DNA of 64,000 bases from Planctomycetaceae bacterium (GCA_046349695.1 JAXMBV010000036.1:5713-69712); one strand, 5' to 3'. Shown: positions 53,837 to 63,597, numbered from the stretch's first letter. A program made the numbers and translations. The notes: generated by a model from the sequence alone, not told the origin.

Positions 53837-55654
53837 TTACAGGAACAGCTTCTGAGTGAGATATTCAGAGACGTGTCGGAAACAGACGTATCCGAGTGAC
53901 CGTTTCCCACAGTGAATTCTCCCCGTTACACCAGTCCCCGGTCGTTCCGTACCTGACGGAGCCTGTGGAAGCCCCGCAATAACTTCCGTGAACAGGGTGC
54001 CGTTGGAGTCAAGCTCAGTGGTTCTTCCAATCGACGATACGGGGACCGTGACATATTCTCCCGGACGGGTTGCGAGAGCATAGGTGACCATCGGATGTCC
54101 GTCGCTGGTCTGTGCGGATGTCATCAAATGATCGATATCTGCCTCGCTGACCCGAAGCCGCAGTTCCCAGTTGGAGTCCAGTTCGGCGATCTCACAAAAA
54201 TACTGGCCTCGAACGACGGGACGTCCCAGAAACCTCTCCCTGAGACCGCTGCCAAAGAGTTTGCCGCGAATCGGACTTCTAACCTGCAGATTCGAGAGAC
54301 GAGTCTTCAAAAAGATCAGCTGCCGTTCCAGTGCTTCGACTCTGGCAGTGAGTTCAGAGTGCTCAGTGGTGAGGAGCGGATCGCGTGATGTTTCGCGACC
54401 AATTCGAAGAGATTCAATTGCGGCAAGCCGAGTTCGCGATGTTGCAATCTCGCCCTGCAGAGATTCCAGCTGCACAGCGAGTTCATCATTGCGAAGCTTC
54501 AAAATCAGGGCACCGGCATCCAGCTGGTCGCCATCGTTGGGATGTATCTCACTCACGATTCCATTTTCGGAGGCCCAGACATACTGACGGATGGATGGTT
54601 CCAGTTCTCCGCGTGCTTCAATCGTGAAGTCAACAGGCACCAGCAGAGCGAGAATGACAAGTACGATAGCGCCCACCAGAAGAGAATTGCGGATGCGAGA
54701 TTTTCGCGACAGTTGCCTGCGAAAACGCGTCCACAATGTCGCGTTGCGCTGCTCGATCGTATCGAGGACAGTCGATGCCGCGAGCGCGAGCAGTGTGACG
54801 AGATTCTGATCCGGCAACTGCGTCCTGTTCCATTCGCCAACGAATGCATATTCGCTGTTCTGCCACTGGCCGTTCATGGTCAGCGGCAGGACGCGGACGA
54901 TGACATCCGATTCCAGTTCGGATGACTGACTGATTGCGTTCCGGGCCGCTGCCGGAGCCGATTCATTGTCAGCGCAGGCACGAGATTCAAACTGAGCGAC
55001 CGTCTCCGCAAGTTGCAATGCCGCAGCTGATCTGTCATTTGGCTGTGCGACCGATGTGGCCGCAAGGAGTTTCCATTTTGCCGCAGAGCCCCGACCACAG
55101 ACGGCGATACGCTGACAATTGAGAATCGACGGTCCGTCCGTTGCCAGAATATTCAGAGCCTCGGCCGGAGTGCTTGCCAACTGAAGTGACGTGAGGACCT
55201 GTGACAGAAGCTGGTGCCCCGCCGAGTTCTTTCTGAGTACCGACAGGAGTCCGCGACGGTAGAGGTCGGCAGCAACTTCAACGCACTCCTGGAAATCCTC
55301 TGTTCCAGAGGGCCGGTCAATCAGGATCAGAAGCTGCACTCCAGGCAGCACCTCTGCCAAAAAAGTTTTGAGAGAACTGGATCCAGAACCTGCGGCACGA
55401 CGATTCTGACCCAAAATCTCTGCAACGAACTCCGAGACTTCATCCAGCACGGCCTGGCGACGTGATTGTGGCGCTGCAAAACAAATCTGTCGAACACCCT
55501 CAGGCGAAACTTCTGCGATGTAAATGATCTCTGTTGAGAAGGTCGTCTGAATTTCACTCGCAAACTCACGCAGTAGCGCAAACGGAGTGTTTGCCGAGCC
55601 GGCCCGACTGACCGCTGACGCGAGCATGGCAGAGAGGTCGTAGTGATAGGGCAT
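53837..55654 (-). CDS. HlyD-family adaptor with ~320-aa unassigned cytoplasmic N-terminal domain
   Basis: ATG start. The N-domain family is unknown. The TM segment is LLVGAIVLVILALLV. Then 'DAGALILKLRNDELAVQLESLQGEIATSRTRLAAIESLR' gives a lipoyl/coiled-coil adaptor pattern. Confidence 0.75.
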   Translation of the reverse strand: MPYHYDLSAMLASAVSRAGSANTPFALLREFASEIQTTFSTEIIYIAEVSPEGVRQICFAAPQSRRQAVLDEVSEFVAEILGQNRRAAGSGSSSLKTFLAEVLPGVQLLILIDRPSGTEDFQECVEVAADLYRRGLLSVLRKNSAGHQLLSQVLTSLQLASTPAEALNILATDGPSILNCQRIAVCGRGSAAKWKLLAATSVAQPNDRSAAALQLAETVAQFESRACADNESAPAAARNAISQSSELESDVIVRVLPLTMNGQWQNSEYAFVGEWNRTQLPDQNLVTLLALAASTVLDTIEQRNATLWTRFRRQLSRKSRIRNSLLVGAIVLVILALLVPVDFTIEARGELEPSIRQYVWASENGIVSEIHPNDGDQLDAGALILKLRNDELAVQLESLQGEIATSRTRLAAIESLRIGRETSRDPLLTTEHSELTARVEALERQLIFLKTRLSNLQVRSPIRGKLFGSGLRERFLGRPVVRGQYFCEIAELDSNWELRLRVSEADIDHLMTSAQTSDGHPMVTYALATRPGEYVTVPVSSIGRTTELDSNGTLFTEVIAGLPQAPSGTERPGTGVTGRIHCGKRSLGYVCFRHVSEYLTQKLFL

Positions 55655-56269
55655 GACTCAGAGCTTCCGGTTGGCGATCAGGACCGCTAACTCTGTACGA
55701 GGTGGTTAGTGTGACTCAGTTTCCGCAGGCCACGATGTGCTCATCCCTGAGGCAAGCCAACAACGAGAGCGATGACTCGACAACAAGACGGCAGGTTCCG
55801 TTCAGGCACGGACCATCGACCAATGTTGATCGGAACCACGGGAACGGAAGACTATCCGATTCACTGGCTCTTCAACAAGGGGCCGGACGGCCTACCGGGA
55901 ACGCGTCGTCTGTTTGGGTTTTGTCGCCTGGTATTCTGCTGCAGTTCTCGCCGGTCTGAGGACGGCTACCAGACAAGGTCTGTTGTTTGCCTGACAAAAC
56001 GCGTGTTGTTTCCAGATCGTGGAAACGATGCGTAGATCCGCAGATTCTGCCGAAACGCCTCCGTGAGAGTGCCTTAAGTCGGCCTCAGCATGAGCAACAT
56101 GATAACCAACCGGTTTGAAGCGGGGATTTGGTGTAATCAGTATAGCATTCTGCCGATCTACCCTTGGGGGTACCGATTCTCACAGGGTCAGTATTGACCT
56201 TTTGTGGAATGCAGGTTCACGGATGATGCCTGCTGACTCGGTAAGTTGTCGCGAAATGGATTGTCCAAA

Positions 56270-58663
56270 ATGACAGACCGGATGCTCTACACTGCCGTCG
56301 CCAGGTTGTTTCAGAGTCTTGCGGGCAACAGGCAGGCATTTCGCCGCCGAACGATTGGTGTGTTTTGCACCGCGCTGCTGGCTGGCTGCGCAAACACGAA
56401 TCACCGAGTCGTCGAGAAAACAATTGGAAACGACACGTGCGAAGTCGATTCCATTATGAAGCAGGTGGATAACCCGTCGCCGCCCGTCCCAGGCGACCTC
56501 TTTGGTACAACGAAGCCGGTCTCGGCCATGGCGCTTCGTGAACCTGATAAGATCAGCTATCAGGACATGACTTTGTCATCCGCCCTCTACACGGGGCTAT
56601 CTTATTCAAAAGTGCTGCGCGATATTGGTGGAACGATTCTGAGATCCCCGGATACGGTAGCGACTTCTGTGTCTCGCCAGTTGCAGCAAACAGATCCAAG
56701 GTTTGGGGCCGAGGCTGCTCTGAGCGCCTTTGATGCTCAACTTGCTGCGCGGGCGAATTTCAATCAAAACGACCGTCTTTATAACAACAGCTTTTTCGCC
56801 GGCGGTACCAGAGCATTCAATCAGGATTACAACGACTACACACTCGAGCTTTCAAAGCGAACTGCCACAGGCTCGTTGATGGCTCTCCGTGGTGTTTCAA
56901 ACTATGACAGTAATAATGCCCCTGCGAATACATTCTACAGTGCGTGGGACTCGTGGCTTGAAGGGGAATTGCGCCAGCCGCTGCTTCAGGGAGGCGGTTT
57001 GGAGTTCAACCGAATTGCCGGTCCAGGGTCAACACCTGGCGTTTACAACGGCGTGCTGATTGCCAAGGTCAACAGCGATATCACGGATGCTGAATTCCAG
57101 ACGGCGCTGCGAGACTACATCAGCAACGTCGAAAATGCCTACTGGGACCTCTACCTGGCCTATCGCGAATACGACGCACGCAAGAATGCATTTGAGGGAG
57201 TGAAGGCTCGCTTTGAGGAGAAGAAAAAGGGGGGGCAGACTGATGAAGTTGAGTTTGTTCTGCTGCAGCAGCAAATGTACCAGCTGAAGACGGAAGCAGA
57301 TGACGCTCTCTTTGGTCGACTGCTGACAGGAACGCAGGTGCGAAACGGATCGACTGGTGGCACGCTGCAGTCTGGTGGCGGGGTCCTTGGAGCCGAACGT
57401 CGCCTGCGGTTACTAATTGGTTTGCCAGTATCAGAACAAAGTGTCCTGCGCCCGACGGAAGATCCAACGACGGCGGAAGTGAAATTTGACTGGGAATCAG
57501 CCATTCAGGAAGCGCTGACCCAGCGTCCGGAGCTTCAGAAACAGAACAACGCAGTTAAGAAACGAGAACTTGAGCTGGTCGCAGCTCGGAATTTTCTCAA
57601 CCCACGGCTCGATGCTGTTGGACGATATCGATTCCGCGGCTTCGGCAACGACCTGATCGCCGATGGTAACCAGCACAACGGCGTGGGAGCGCCAGTGTCT
57701 TCCGTCGGAAACCTGATGACTGGAGACCAGCAGGAATGGGCTGTGGGTGTCGAGTTGACAGTTCCGCTTGGTTACCGGAAGGCTCACGCGGCGGTCTCTC
57801 ATGCAGAATTGAATCTTGCTCGGGAGAGAATGATCCAGAAAGAACAGCAGCGAGAAATTCTGAGCAACCTGTCCGGTGCATTCACCGATGTTGAACGAAC
57901 CTACGCGGCGATGGAAACGAGCCTGGATCAGTATCTGGCGGCGAGAAAATACCACGAGTCGATTCAGGCTCAGGTGGAAGAGGGAAAGAACGTCCTTGAG
58001 GATCGAATCCTCGACGGATATCGCCGTATGGTGCTTGCCGAAGTTCAGTTCTTCCGAGCACGTGCCGAGTACGCGATTGCTTTGAAGAACTTCCATTACG
58101 AAAAGGGTTCATTGCTGGATTACAAGGACCTGCGGATGGCGGGTGGTCAGATGGCGATGGGCGATTCAGCCATCCCTCAGGATGACCAATTCAACAGTTC
58201 GGTGAGCGTTGGCGAACCTCAGTCCAGTGAGGAAGAAGCAGAGTCGGGCGTTGCTTTCGATGAGGGAGCGACCGGGTTCGAGGATCCCCAGGCTGATAGC
58301 GCTGCAGCAGAGTCCAGTGTTGAAGAGAACGAAGAGGGGGTGCGATCGGCCAGCGCAGAAGTCTCACCCGAGGAGAAGAATCGAGGCATTCGCTCAGTGG
58401 CAAACGGATTTGTCTCCTCTCTTCCGAAGTTTCGGCGTCAGAAGCCAGCCGAAGCAGCCCCGGGGGCAGAACAGTCTTCCGACTCAGACACTGACGAGGA
58501 ATCTGCTGTTGACGAGATTCCGTCTATTCACTTCGAAGAAGTACCGGCGGATTCAGTGGAGCCGAAGTCTGGTTTTGCGAAACTGGATCTCAGCGGTGAT
58601 GCTGACGAACCCGCAGACAGCGAAGTTGAATCTGAAGGTGGTTTTGAACCTGAGCAGGAATAG
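56270..58663 (+). CDS. TolC/NodT-type outer-membrane factor lipoprotein with long acidic C-terminal tail
   Basis: The lipobox is 'FCTALLAGCANT'. There are two OEP-like repeat halves ('NVENAYWDLYLAYREYDARKNAFE', 'AEVQFFRARAEYAIALKNFHYEKGSLL'). The last ~175 aa are E/D/S-rich and low complexity. The ORF is open from TTG 56246; ATG 56270 is preferred. Confidence 0.8.
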   Translation: MTDRMLYTAVARLFQSLAGNRQAFRRRTIGVFCTALLAGCANTNHRVVEKTIGNDTCEVDSIMKQVDNPSPPVPGDLFGTTKPVSAMALREPDKISYQDMTLSSALYTGLSYSKVLRDIGGTILRSPDTVATSVSRQLQQTDPRFGAEAALSAFDAQLAARANFNQNDRLYNNSFFAGGTRAFNQDYNDYTLELSKRTATGSLMALRGVSNYDSNNAPANTFYSAWDSWLEGELRQPLLQGGGLEFNRIAGPGSTPGVYNGVLIAKVNSDITDAEFQTALRDYISNVENAYWDLYLAYREYDARKNAFEGVKARFEEKKKGGQTDEVEFVLLQQQMYQLKTEADDALFGRLLTGTQVRNGSTGGTLQSGGGVLGAERRLRLLIGLPVSEQSVLRPTEDPTTAEVKFDWESAIQEALTQRPELQKQNNAVKKRELELVAARNFLNPRLDAVGRYRFRGFGNDLIADGNQHNGVGAPVSSVGNLMTGDQQEWAVGVELTVPLGYRKAHAAVSHAELNLARERMIQKEQQREILSNLSGAFTDVERTYAAMETSLDQYLAARKYHESIQAQVEEGKNVLEDRILDGYRRMVLAEVQFFRARAEYAIALKNFHYEKGSLLDYKDLRMAGGQMAMGDSAIPQDDQFNSSVSVGEPQSSEEEAESGVAFDEGATGFEDPQADSAAAESSVEENEEGVRSASAEVSPEEKNRGIRSVANGFVSSLPKFRRQKPAEAAPGAEQSSDSDTDEESAVDEIPSIHFEEVPADSVEPKSGFAKLDLSGDADEPADSEVESEGGFEPEQE

Positions 58664-58745
58664 GACGATTTGGTGTGAGGACATCGAATCGTCCGCGATT
58701 TCCTGAGTCGTCTGGTACTAATCGGCATGTTCCAGAAAATGCACT

Positions 58746-59729
58746 TCAGGACCAGAGTCGTTTTCCGGCTGCGATTGACTGTGCCAGTTCCACAAAGGCG
58801 GCACGACGTGCCGGCGCCTTTTCCGGCGACTTGATGACCGATGCGAGGATCACCGAACCGCTGATTGCTTTACCCGGGAGTTCCGGTCCAGGTGGCACCG
58901 CTGGGGCATTCGGGGGAGCCATGCTGCCGTGTGACCAGAAGACCGCAACTCCCGCCCATGCCGCGGCTGTGTTCATTTCTGTGGACTGTGCTAACTCCAT
59001 GATCTTTCGACGCAACGGTTCAGACGGCGCCTTGACCCAGTCAGTTACCTGAGCGATGAGATCGGGATCCTTTGAATCCCTGGCTGCATCGGCCGCTTCA
59101 ATGCAACCAATAGCCCACCAGATCCCAAGTCGCTTCGGGAGAGCCCTCGAAAGAAACTCAAGTGCGTCGTTGTCGGCCCCTTCTTTCAGGCATCTCTGGG
59201 CAAAGGCTTCACAGGTTTCAGTTTCGTGGGGTCTGAGAGTTATGACTTTGCCGAGCTGAAACTGCGCGATGATCTCGGCCGCTCCAGGAACGACAAAACC
59301 CTCCGATCGCAGGCAATCGGCTGGAATTTCTTCTGCTTTGTCCGGCTTCGCACTGTGCTGGTGCTTCGTTTCAGAAGTAACTTCTTTGCGAACAACAGTG
59401 CTGGCAACCTGTGGTGGCGCTGCAGCAGTGCCGCCATCAAGCTCGACAGACAACGTGGTATTGCCACACAGTAGCTTGTCGCCCGGCTTTATGGTGCCTC
59501 TGGTGACCGGTTCCGCGTTGAGAAACGATCCATTAGTGCTCTGCAGGTCTTCGAACTGTAGTTCGGTTCCATGCACACTCAGCCGAATATGGCGTCCCGA
59601 CATCAAGTCATCATCAGGAAACGTCAGGTCAGCAGTCGGAGTTCTGCCGACCACGATCTCCTGACCAGCAGACAAGACGGCAATGTCGCGAAACTCTCGC
59701 CCTGTCTGGACTCTCAGGAACCATCTCAT
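58746..59729 (-). CDS. FHA-domain protein (T6SS Fha/TagH-like) with unassigned C-terminal domain
   Basis: ATG 59729 has a GGAG ~10 nt upstream. The FHA core is 'VVGRTPTADLTFPDDDLMSGRHIRLSVHGTELQFEDLQSTNGSFLNAEPV...GDKLLCGNTTLSVE'. The gene lies directly downstream of vgrG on the same strand. Confidence 0.8.
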   Translation of the reverse strand: MRWFLRVQTGREFRDIAVLSAGQEIVVGRTPTADLTFPDDDLMSGRHIRLSVHGTELQFEDLQSTNGSFLNAEPVTRGTIKPGDKLLCGNTTLSVELDGGTAAAPPQVASTVVRKEVTSETKHQHSAKPDKAEEIPADCLRSEGFVVPGAAEIIAQFQLGKVITLRPHETETCEAFAQRCLKEGADNDALEFLSRALPKRLGIWWAIGCIEAADAARDSKDPDLIAQVTDWVKAPSEPLRRKIMELAQSTEMNTAAAWAGVAVFWSHGSMAPPNAPAVPPGPELPGKAISGSVILASVIKSPEKAPARRAAFVELAQSIAAGKRLWS

Positions 59730-59910
59730 CTTGAAAACTCCAAGCTTGTCTGCTGGATGCGGAAGCGACCGGATGCCGTTCAGCAGCAATCGGAGCGATT
59801 TTTCGTGATCTTGCTGAACGCGGCTGCCAATGATAACCGGAACGCCCGCAAAAATGCCACGCAGTCAGCGACAGACATTGCCGCTCAGAGTTCGCACCTA
59901 ATTCTGAGCA

Positions 59911-61986
59911 TCAGTTGATCATGGTGATTCCGCCTTTGACGGTCAGCATCCCATCGCCCTTAACTGTCGTCATGGGGGCTGCGACTTCGGCCATCGCTTT
60001 TCCGGTGACCTTGACCATGATGCCCTCAAGCGTGATTCCGCTCTGATCAATCTTGATGCTGTTGGCACCGACCTTGAGTTCTATCCCCTGCATCGCTTCT
60101 GTGCTGCTTTTTCCAAGACTCAGTTTTGTTGTCTGGTTCCCCATTTTGATCTGGGTGTCCTGGTTGCCCATTTTCAATGTCGTCGTTTCGTTCCCCATGT
60201 CCAGAGTTCGCTCGGAATTGCCCATCTTCATCACGACCGACATGTTCCCCTGCTCGATGATGAGTGAGTCATTTCCTGTCTTGAGGGTCACGTTGCGGTC
60301 CTTGAAAATCTCCACGGTCTGGCCTCCACCTTTGGAACCCACACCGATTTTGACTTTCTGATCGTTATAGATGTCAATTTCCTGATCCCCTTTATCTTTA
60401 TCTTCGTAGCCGACCTTGCGAGTTTCATTGTTTTCGATCACGCAGTTAAAGTCCTTTTCTGCATGAACGTAGAACTCTTCGTTGTCCTTTTTGTCTTCGA
60501 AGCGGATCTCATTGAAGTTCTCTGAGCTGCCATCCTTCGAACTTCTCGATTTGATGCCGGACTGCGTTGCGTTGTCGGGCAATGTGTACGGCGGCATATT
60601 TTCGGCGTTGTACAACATCCCTGTAATCACGGGACGATCCGGATCACCTTCCAGAAAGCTCACAAGGACTTCCTGACCGATGCGAGGGATGTGGATCATG
60701 CCCCACTGCTTCCCGGCCCAGGGCGTTGAAACTCGAACCCACATGCTGGTCTTCTCGTCTTTTTTGCCCTTGCGGTCCCATGGGAACTGAACTTTCACTC
60801 GGCCATATTTGTCGGTGTAGATCTCTTCGCCACTGGGACCTGTCACGATGGCGGAATGCAGTCCCATGACCCTTGGTTTGCCTCTCTGACGAGGTGGGCG
60901 AAAGACCGTCTTGGCTGGGATGACACGGAATCGATTGGAATAAATCTGATCCGAATGAGAACCACCGGAAAAGTAGTTCCCCCCAACGTTGGCATGATGC
61001 TCGACCGTCGTCAGCACCCATTTCCCACCCTGCTCCGCCGCATCGTGATGTTTTTTCAGTTCAAAGCGACCACCTGGGGAAAACGAGCGACATTCGCTGC
61101 TGCCGGTCGCATGTTCATGAGAGCATTCTTCTTCTTCAATGCGCAGTGTTGTGAGCGCGTCGCCATCACCCTTTTTGAGGTAGTCACCGGGAAAGTCGTA
61201 GAACTCAAGGCTTGTGTTGCCCCTGAGCGACACCACGCTGGATTTCTGAGCCAGGAGTGAAGTAGACGGTGTTTCAAAGTTGTAGTCGGAAAGAGCAAAT
61301 TTCCCTGAGGTGAAATCGTATTCGTGCGACCACTCAGACAAGTTGTCGGGCAACTCCGAAATGGCCATGTTGGCCGCAAGCTGCACGTCTTTGTCCTTTA
61401 CGTCGTATGCGCCATCGGCATGATCGGAGAAGACGATAGTGTGTTTGCTCTTCTCGTGGAGGAAGTAATAGTAAATACCCTCTTCTTCCAGCAGGCGACT
61501 GACAAAGTCAAAATGCGTTTCGCGGTACTGAACACAGTACGTGCGTTTGACCAGCGTGCGCTTGAGCTTCCACTGAAAGTCGGTAATCCCGAGGTCAGTC
61601 AGCAGGGCGCTGACGATTTGCTTCACGTCCTGCTTTTCTTCTGATTCATGAACTCGACAGTCGGAACCGCGGGTGAGCAGCCAGAACTTTGGAACAACAT
61701 GCGCCTGATACATGTGAGCACGATCGCCCTTGCCTGCGTATGCGAACGAATTCACAATACCATTGAACCAGCGTTCTGACTCGTCGGCGTGGCGAACATG
61801 GAAGCTGACGGGAGTGCCGACAATATCCTTGGCCTTGATGCCGCCGGTCTCGGAGAGCATCCTTAACGTAAAGCTGAACAGCCCGGACAGCCGTTCTTCG
61901 CCGTTAAAGGCCATCAGAACAAGCTTGTCTTTACCCAATGCGGTTTCAACCGCGATGGGCCGATTTTCCTGACTGAAGGTAGGCAT
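59911..61986 (-). CDS. vgrG: T6SS spike protein VgrG (TssI)
   Basis: 'RFRVIPAKTVFRPPR', 'VTGPSGEEIYTDKYGRVKVQFPWDR' and 'WVRVSTPWAGKQWGMIHIPRIGQEVLVSFLEGDPDRPVITG' are hallmark gp27/gp5 OB-fold blocks. The C-terminus has beta-helix repeats 'MGNxxTxxKMGN'. There is no extension domain. Confidence 0.92.
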   Translation of the reverse strand: MPTFSQENRPIAVETALGKDKLVLMAFNGEERLSGLFSFTLRMLSETGGIKAKDIVGTPVSFHVRHADESERWFNGIVNSFAYAGKGDRAHMYQAHVVPKFWLLTRGSDCRVHESEEKQDVKQIVSALLTDLGITDFQWKLKRTLVKRTYCVQYRETHFDFVSRLLEEEGIYYYFLHEKSKHTIVFSDHADGAYDVKDKDVQLAANMAISELPDNLSEWSHEYDFTSGKFALSDYNFETPSTSLLAQKSSVVSLRGNTSLEFYDFPGDYLKKGDGDALTTLRIEEEECSHEHATGSSECRSFSPGGRFELKKHHDAAEQGGKWVLTTVEHHANVGGNYFSGGSHSDQIYSNRFRVIPAKTVFRPPRQRGKPRVMGLHSAIVTGPSGEEIYTDKYGRVKVQFPWDRKGKKDEKTSMWVRVSTPWAGKQWGMIHIPRIGQEVLVSFLEGDPDRPVITGMLYNAENMPPYTLPDNATQSGIKSRSSKDGSSENFNEIRFEDKKDNEEFYVHAEKDFNCVIENNETRKVGYEDKDKGDQEIDIYNDQKVKIGVGSKGGGQTVEIFKDRNVTLKTGNDSLIIEQGNMSVVMKMGNSERTLDMGNETTTLKMGNQDTQIKMGNQTTKLSLGKSSTEAMQGIELKVGANSIKIDQSGITLEGIMVKVTGKAMAEVAAPMTTVKGDGMLTVKGGITMIN

Positions 61987-62026
61987 CGCACAGCTCCGTG
62001 GCTGACAGTGGAAAGTTCATCTGGAA

Positions 62027-62088
62027 CATGAAAACGCTGCACTCGCCGGAAAGGACGGTTGAATGCCCTTTCCTGTGACTGCAGCGTT
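62027..62088 (-). terminator. hairpin (possible partial terminator/attenuator) between hcp copy 1 and vgrG
   Basis: On the minus strand: AACGCTGCAGTCACAGGAAAGG-...-CCTTTCCGGCGAGTGCAGCGTT followed by TTTTC. It is related to the terminators after hcp copies 2 and 3 but has a shorter U tract. Confidence 0.45.
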
Positions 62089-62111
62089 GGCTTTTTGTGG
62101 ATGCAGGACGC

Positions 62112-62597
62112 TTAGCTTCGACCTGAAGCTGGTTCGTATTTTGCCGGTACCTGACCCTTTTTGTCGCCTGTCTTCGGGTCAACGACGATGTAGGTCCATT
62201 CGGCCTTTGTGTACCCCATTGTGACTTCTTCTGACGGAAGCGGACTGCCCGATGCATTTGCATGCATGCTGAAGCTGCTGATGATCACGTTGCTCAGTTT
62301 GTAAGTCAGGTAGGGTTCCTGCTTGTTCTTGACTGTTGTGCAGAAGTGGATTTCAACCTCTTTGAAAAACGTCCCGTTCGCACACGCTTCCTGCAGCTTC
62401 GTGGAGGACTTATCCAGCTGGCGGACAACAACCACATCGCCCAGGGTTGTGTCACCTTTAGTTCGCTGCTGGTCCTTGGCACCCTCTGGCACCGATCGGA
62501 AGATTGGTGCTCCCATCGATTCAATCAGAATCCAGTCCTTGTGATCCTGGTCGGTTGCTTCACCCTTGATGTCGCCGAGTTTCATGAATGCTGGCAT
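62112..62597 (-). CDS. hcp: T6SS tube protein Hcp (TssD), copy 1
   Basis: 'MPAFMKLGDIKGEATDQDHKDWILIES' is a typical Hcp1 N-terminus. It is 161 aa, with AAGGAG 8 nt upstream of the ATG. Confidence 0.92.
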   Translation of the reverse strand: MPAFMKLGDIKGEATDQDHKDWILIESMGAPIFRSVPEGAKDQQRTKGDTTLGDVVVVRQLDKSSTKLQEACANGTFFKEVEIHFCTTVKNKQEPYLTYKLSNVIISSFSMHANASGSPLPSEEVTMGYTKAEWTYIVVDPKTGDKKGQVPAKYEPASGRS

Positions 62598-62762
62598 TAG
62601 TAACTCCTTTGAGTGACGAGTTTTTCTATGAATCTTCGTGGCTCAAGCGGTTGTGAGCCCGTATCTGAGATCATTGTCTTGCGGAACGAAGTGACGGTTG
62701 CCAGTTTTTTGCCGTTTTTGGGCAGAAATCTCAAAGCGAGCCGATGCCACGTGCTTTTACGC

Positions 62763-62817
62763 AAAGAAAAAACGCTGAATTTCCCTCCGAGATCCTCGTG
62801 AAGGAAATGTCAGCGTT
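62763..62817 (-). terminator. intrinsic terminator after hcp copy 2
   Basis: On the minus strand: AACGCTGAcATTTCC...GGAAATTCAGCGTT followed by TTTTCTTT. The site is 37 nt after the stop at 62854. Confidence 0.75.
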
Positions 62818-62853
62818 TGGCGATGTTCTGGCGGTGCCCTCGTGTCAGCAGGT

Positions 62854-63339
62854 TTAGCTGCGACCAGAGGCGGGCTCGTACTTTGCCGGTACCTGACCCT
62901 TTTTGTCGCCTGTCTTCGGATCGACAACGATGTAGGTCCATTCGACCTTCGTGTAGCCCATGGTGACCTGCTCCGATGGCAGCGGGCTGCCGGAAGCATT
63001 GGCATGGACACTGTAGCTGCTGACAATCACGTCGCTCAGCTTGTACGTCAGGTATGGTTCCTGCTTGTTCTTGACAGTTGTGCAGAAATGGATTTCAACT
63101 TCCTTGAAGAAGGTTCCGTTTGCACAGGCTTCCTGCAGCTTTGTGGAAGACTTGTCGAGCTGTCGGCTGACAACGATGTCTCCCAGAGTCGTGTCGCCCT
63201 TGGTTCGCTGCTGGTCCTTTGCGCCTTCTGGCACTGAGCGGAAAATTGGTGAGCTCATGGATTCGATCAGAATCCAGTCCTTGTGATCTGCATCAGTTGC
63301 TTCACCCTTGATGTCGCCGAGTTTCATGAATGCTGGCAT
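62854..63339 (-). CDS. hcp: T6SS tube protein Hcp (TssD), copy 2
   Basis: 161 aa and about 90% identical to copy 1 (MPAFMKLGDIKGEATDADHKDWILIES...). The start is set by homology; the longest ORF runs to 63405. GGGAG lies upstream. Confidence 0.92.
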   Translation of the reverse strand: MPAFMKLGDIKGEATDADHKDWILIESMSSPIFRSVPEGAKDQQRTKGDTTLGDIVVSRQLDKSSTKLQEACANGTFFKEVEIHFCTTVKNKQEPYLTYKLSDVIVSSYSVHANASGSPLPSEQVTMGYTKVEWTYIVVDPKTGDKKGQVPAKYEPASGRS

Positions 63340-63505
63340 TGGTAACTCCCTTGTGAATCGGATTTCTTTACGTGACTTGCTCAGGCTTGCACTGTTGCAA
63401 GCCACTGTCTGGTACTATTCTCTTGGGGAACGTTTTGGCGGTTGTCAGTTTTTTGAAGTTTTCAGGTTGAATTTTCAAAGCGAGCCGACGTCGCCATCTG
63501 CTGTG

Positions 63506-63560
63506 AAACAAAAAACGCTGAATTTCCCTCCGAGAATCTCGTGAAGGAAATGTCAGCGTT
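63506..63560 (-). terminator. intrinsic terminator after hcp copy 3
   Basis: Same hairpin as at 62771..62817 (aacgctgaatttccctccgaga.tc.cgtgaaggaaatgtcagcgtt), followed on the minus strand by TTTTGTTT. Confidence 0.75.
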
Positions 63561-63597
63561 TTCAATTTCCAGACAGGGCTGGCAGCGTCAGCAGATC

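Noticed and set aside
62598-62762. Sigma-54 (-24/-12) promoter upstream of hcp, as in several proteobacterial T6SS loci.
   Set aside because: The best candidates on the minus strand (TGGCATCGGCTCGC, TGGCAACCGTCACTTCG) do not have the GG-N10-GC spacing. They are also not conserved in position between the hcp1 and hcp2 leaders.
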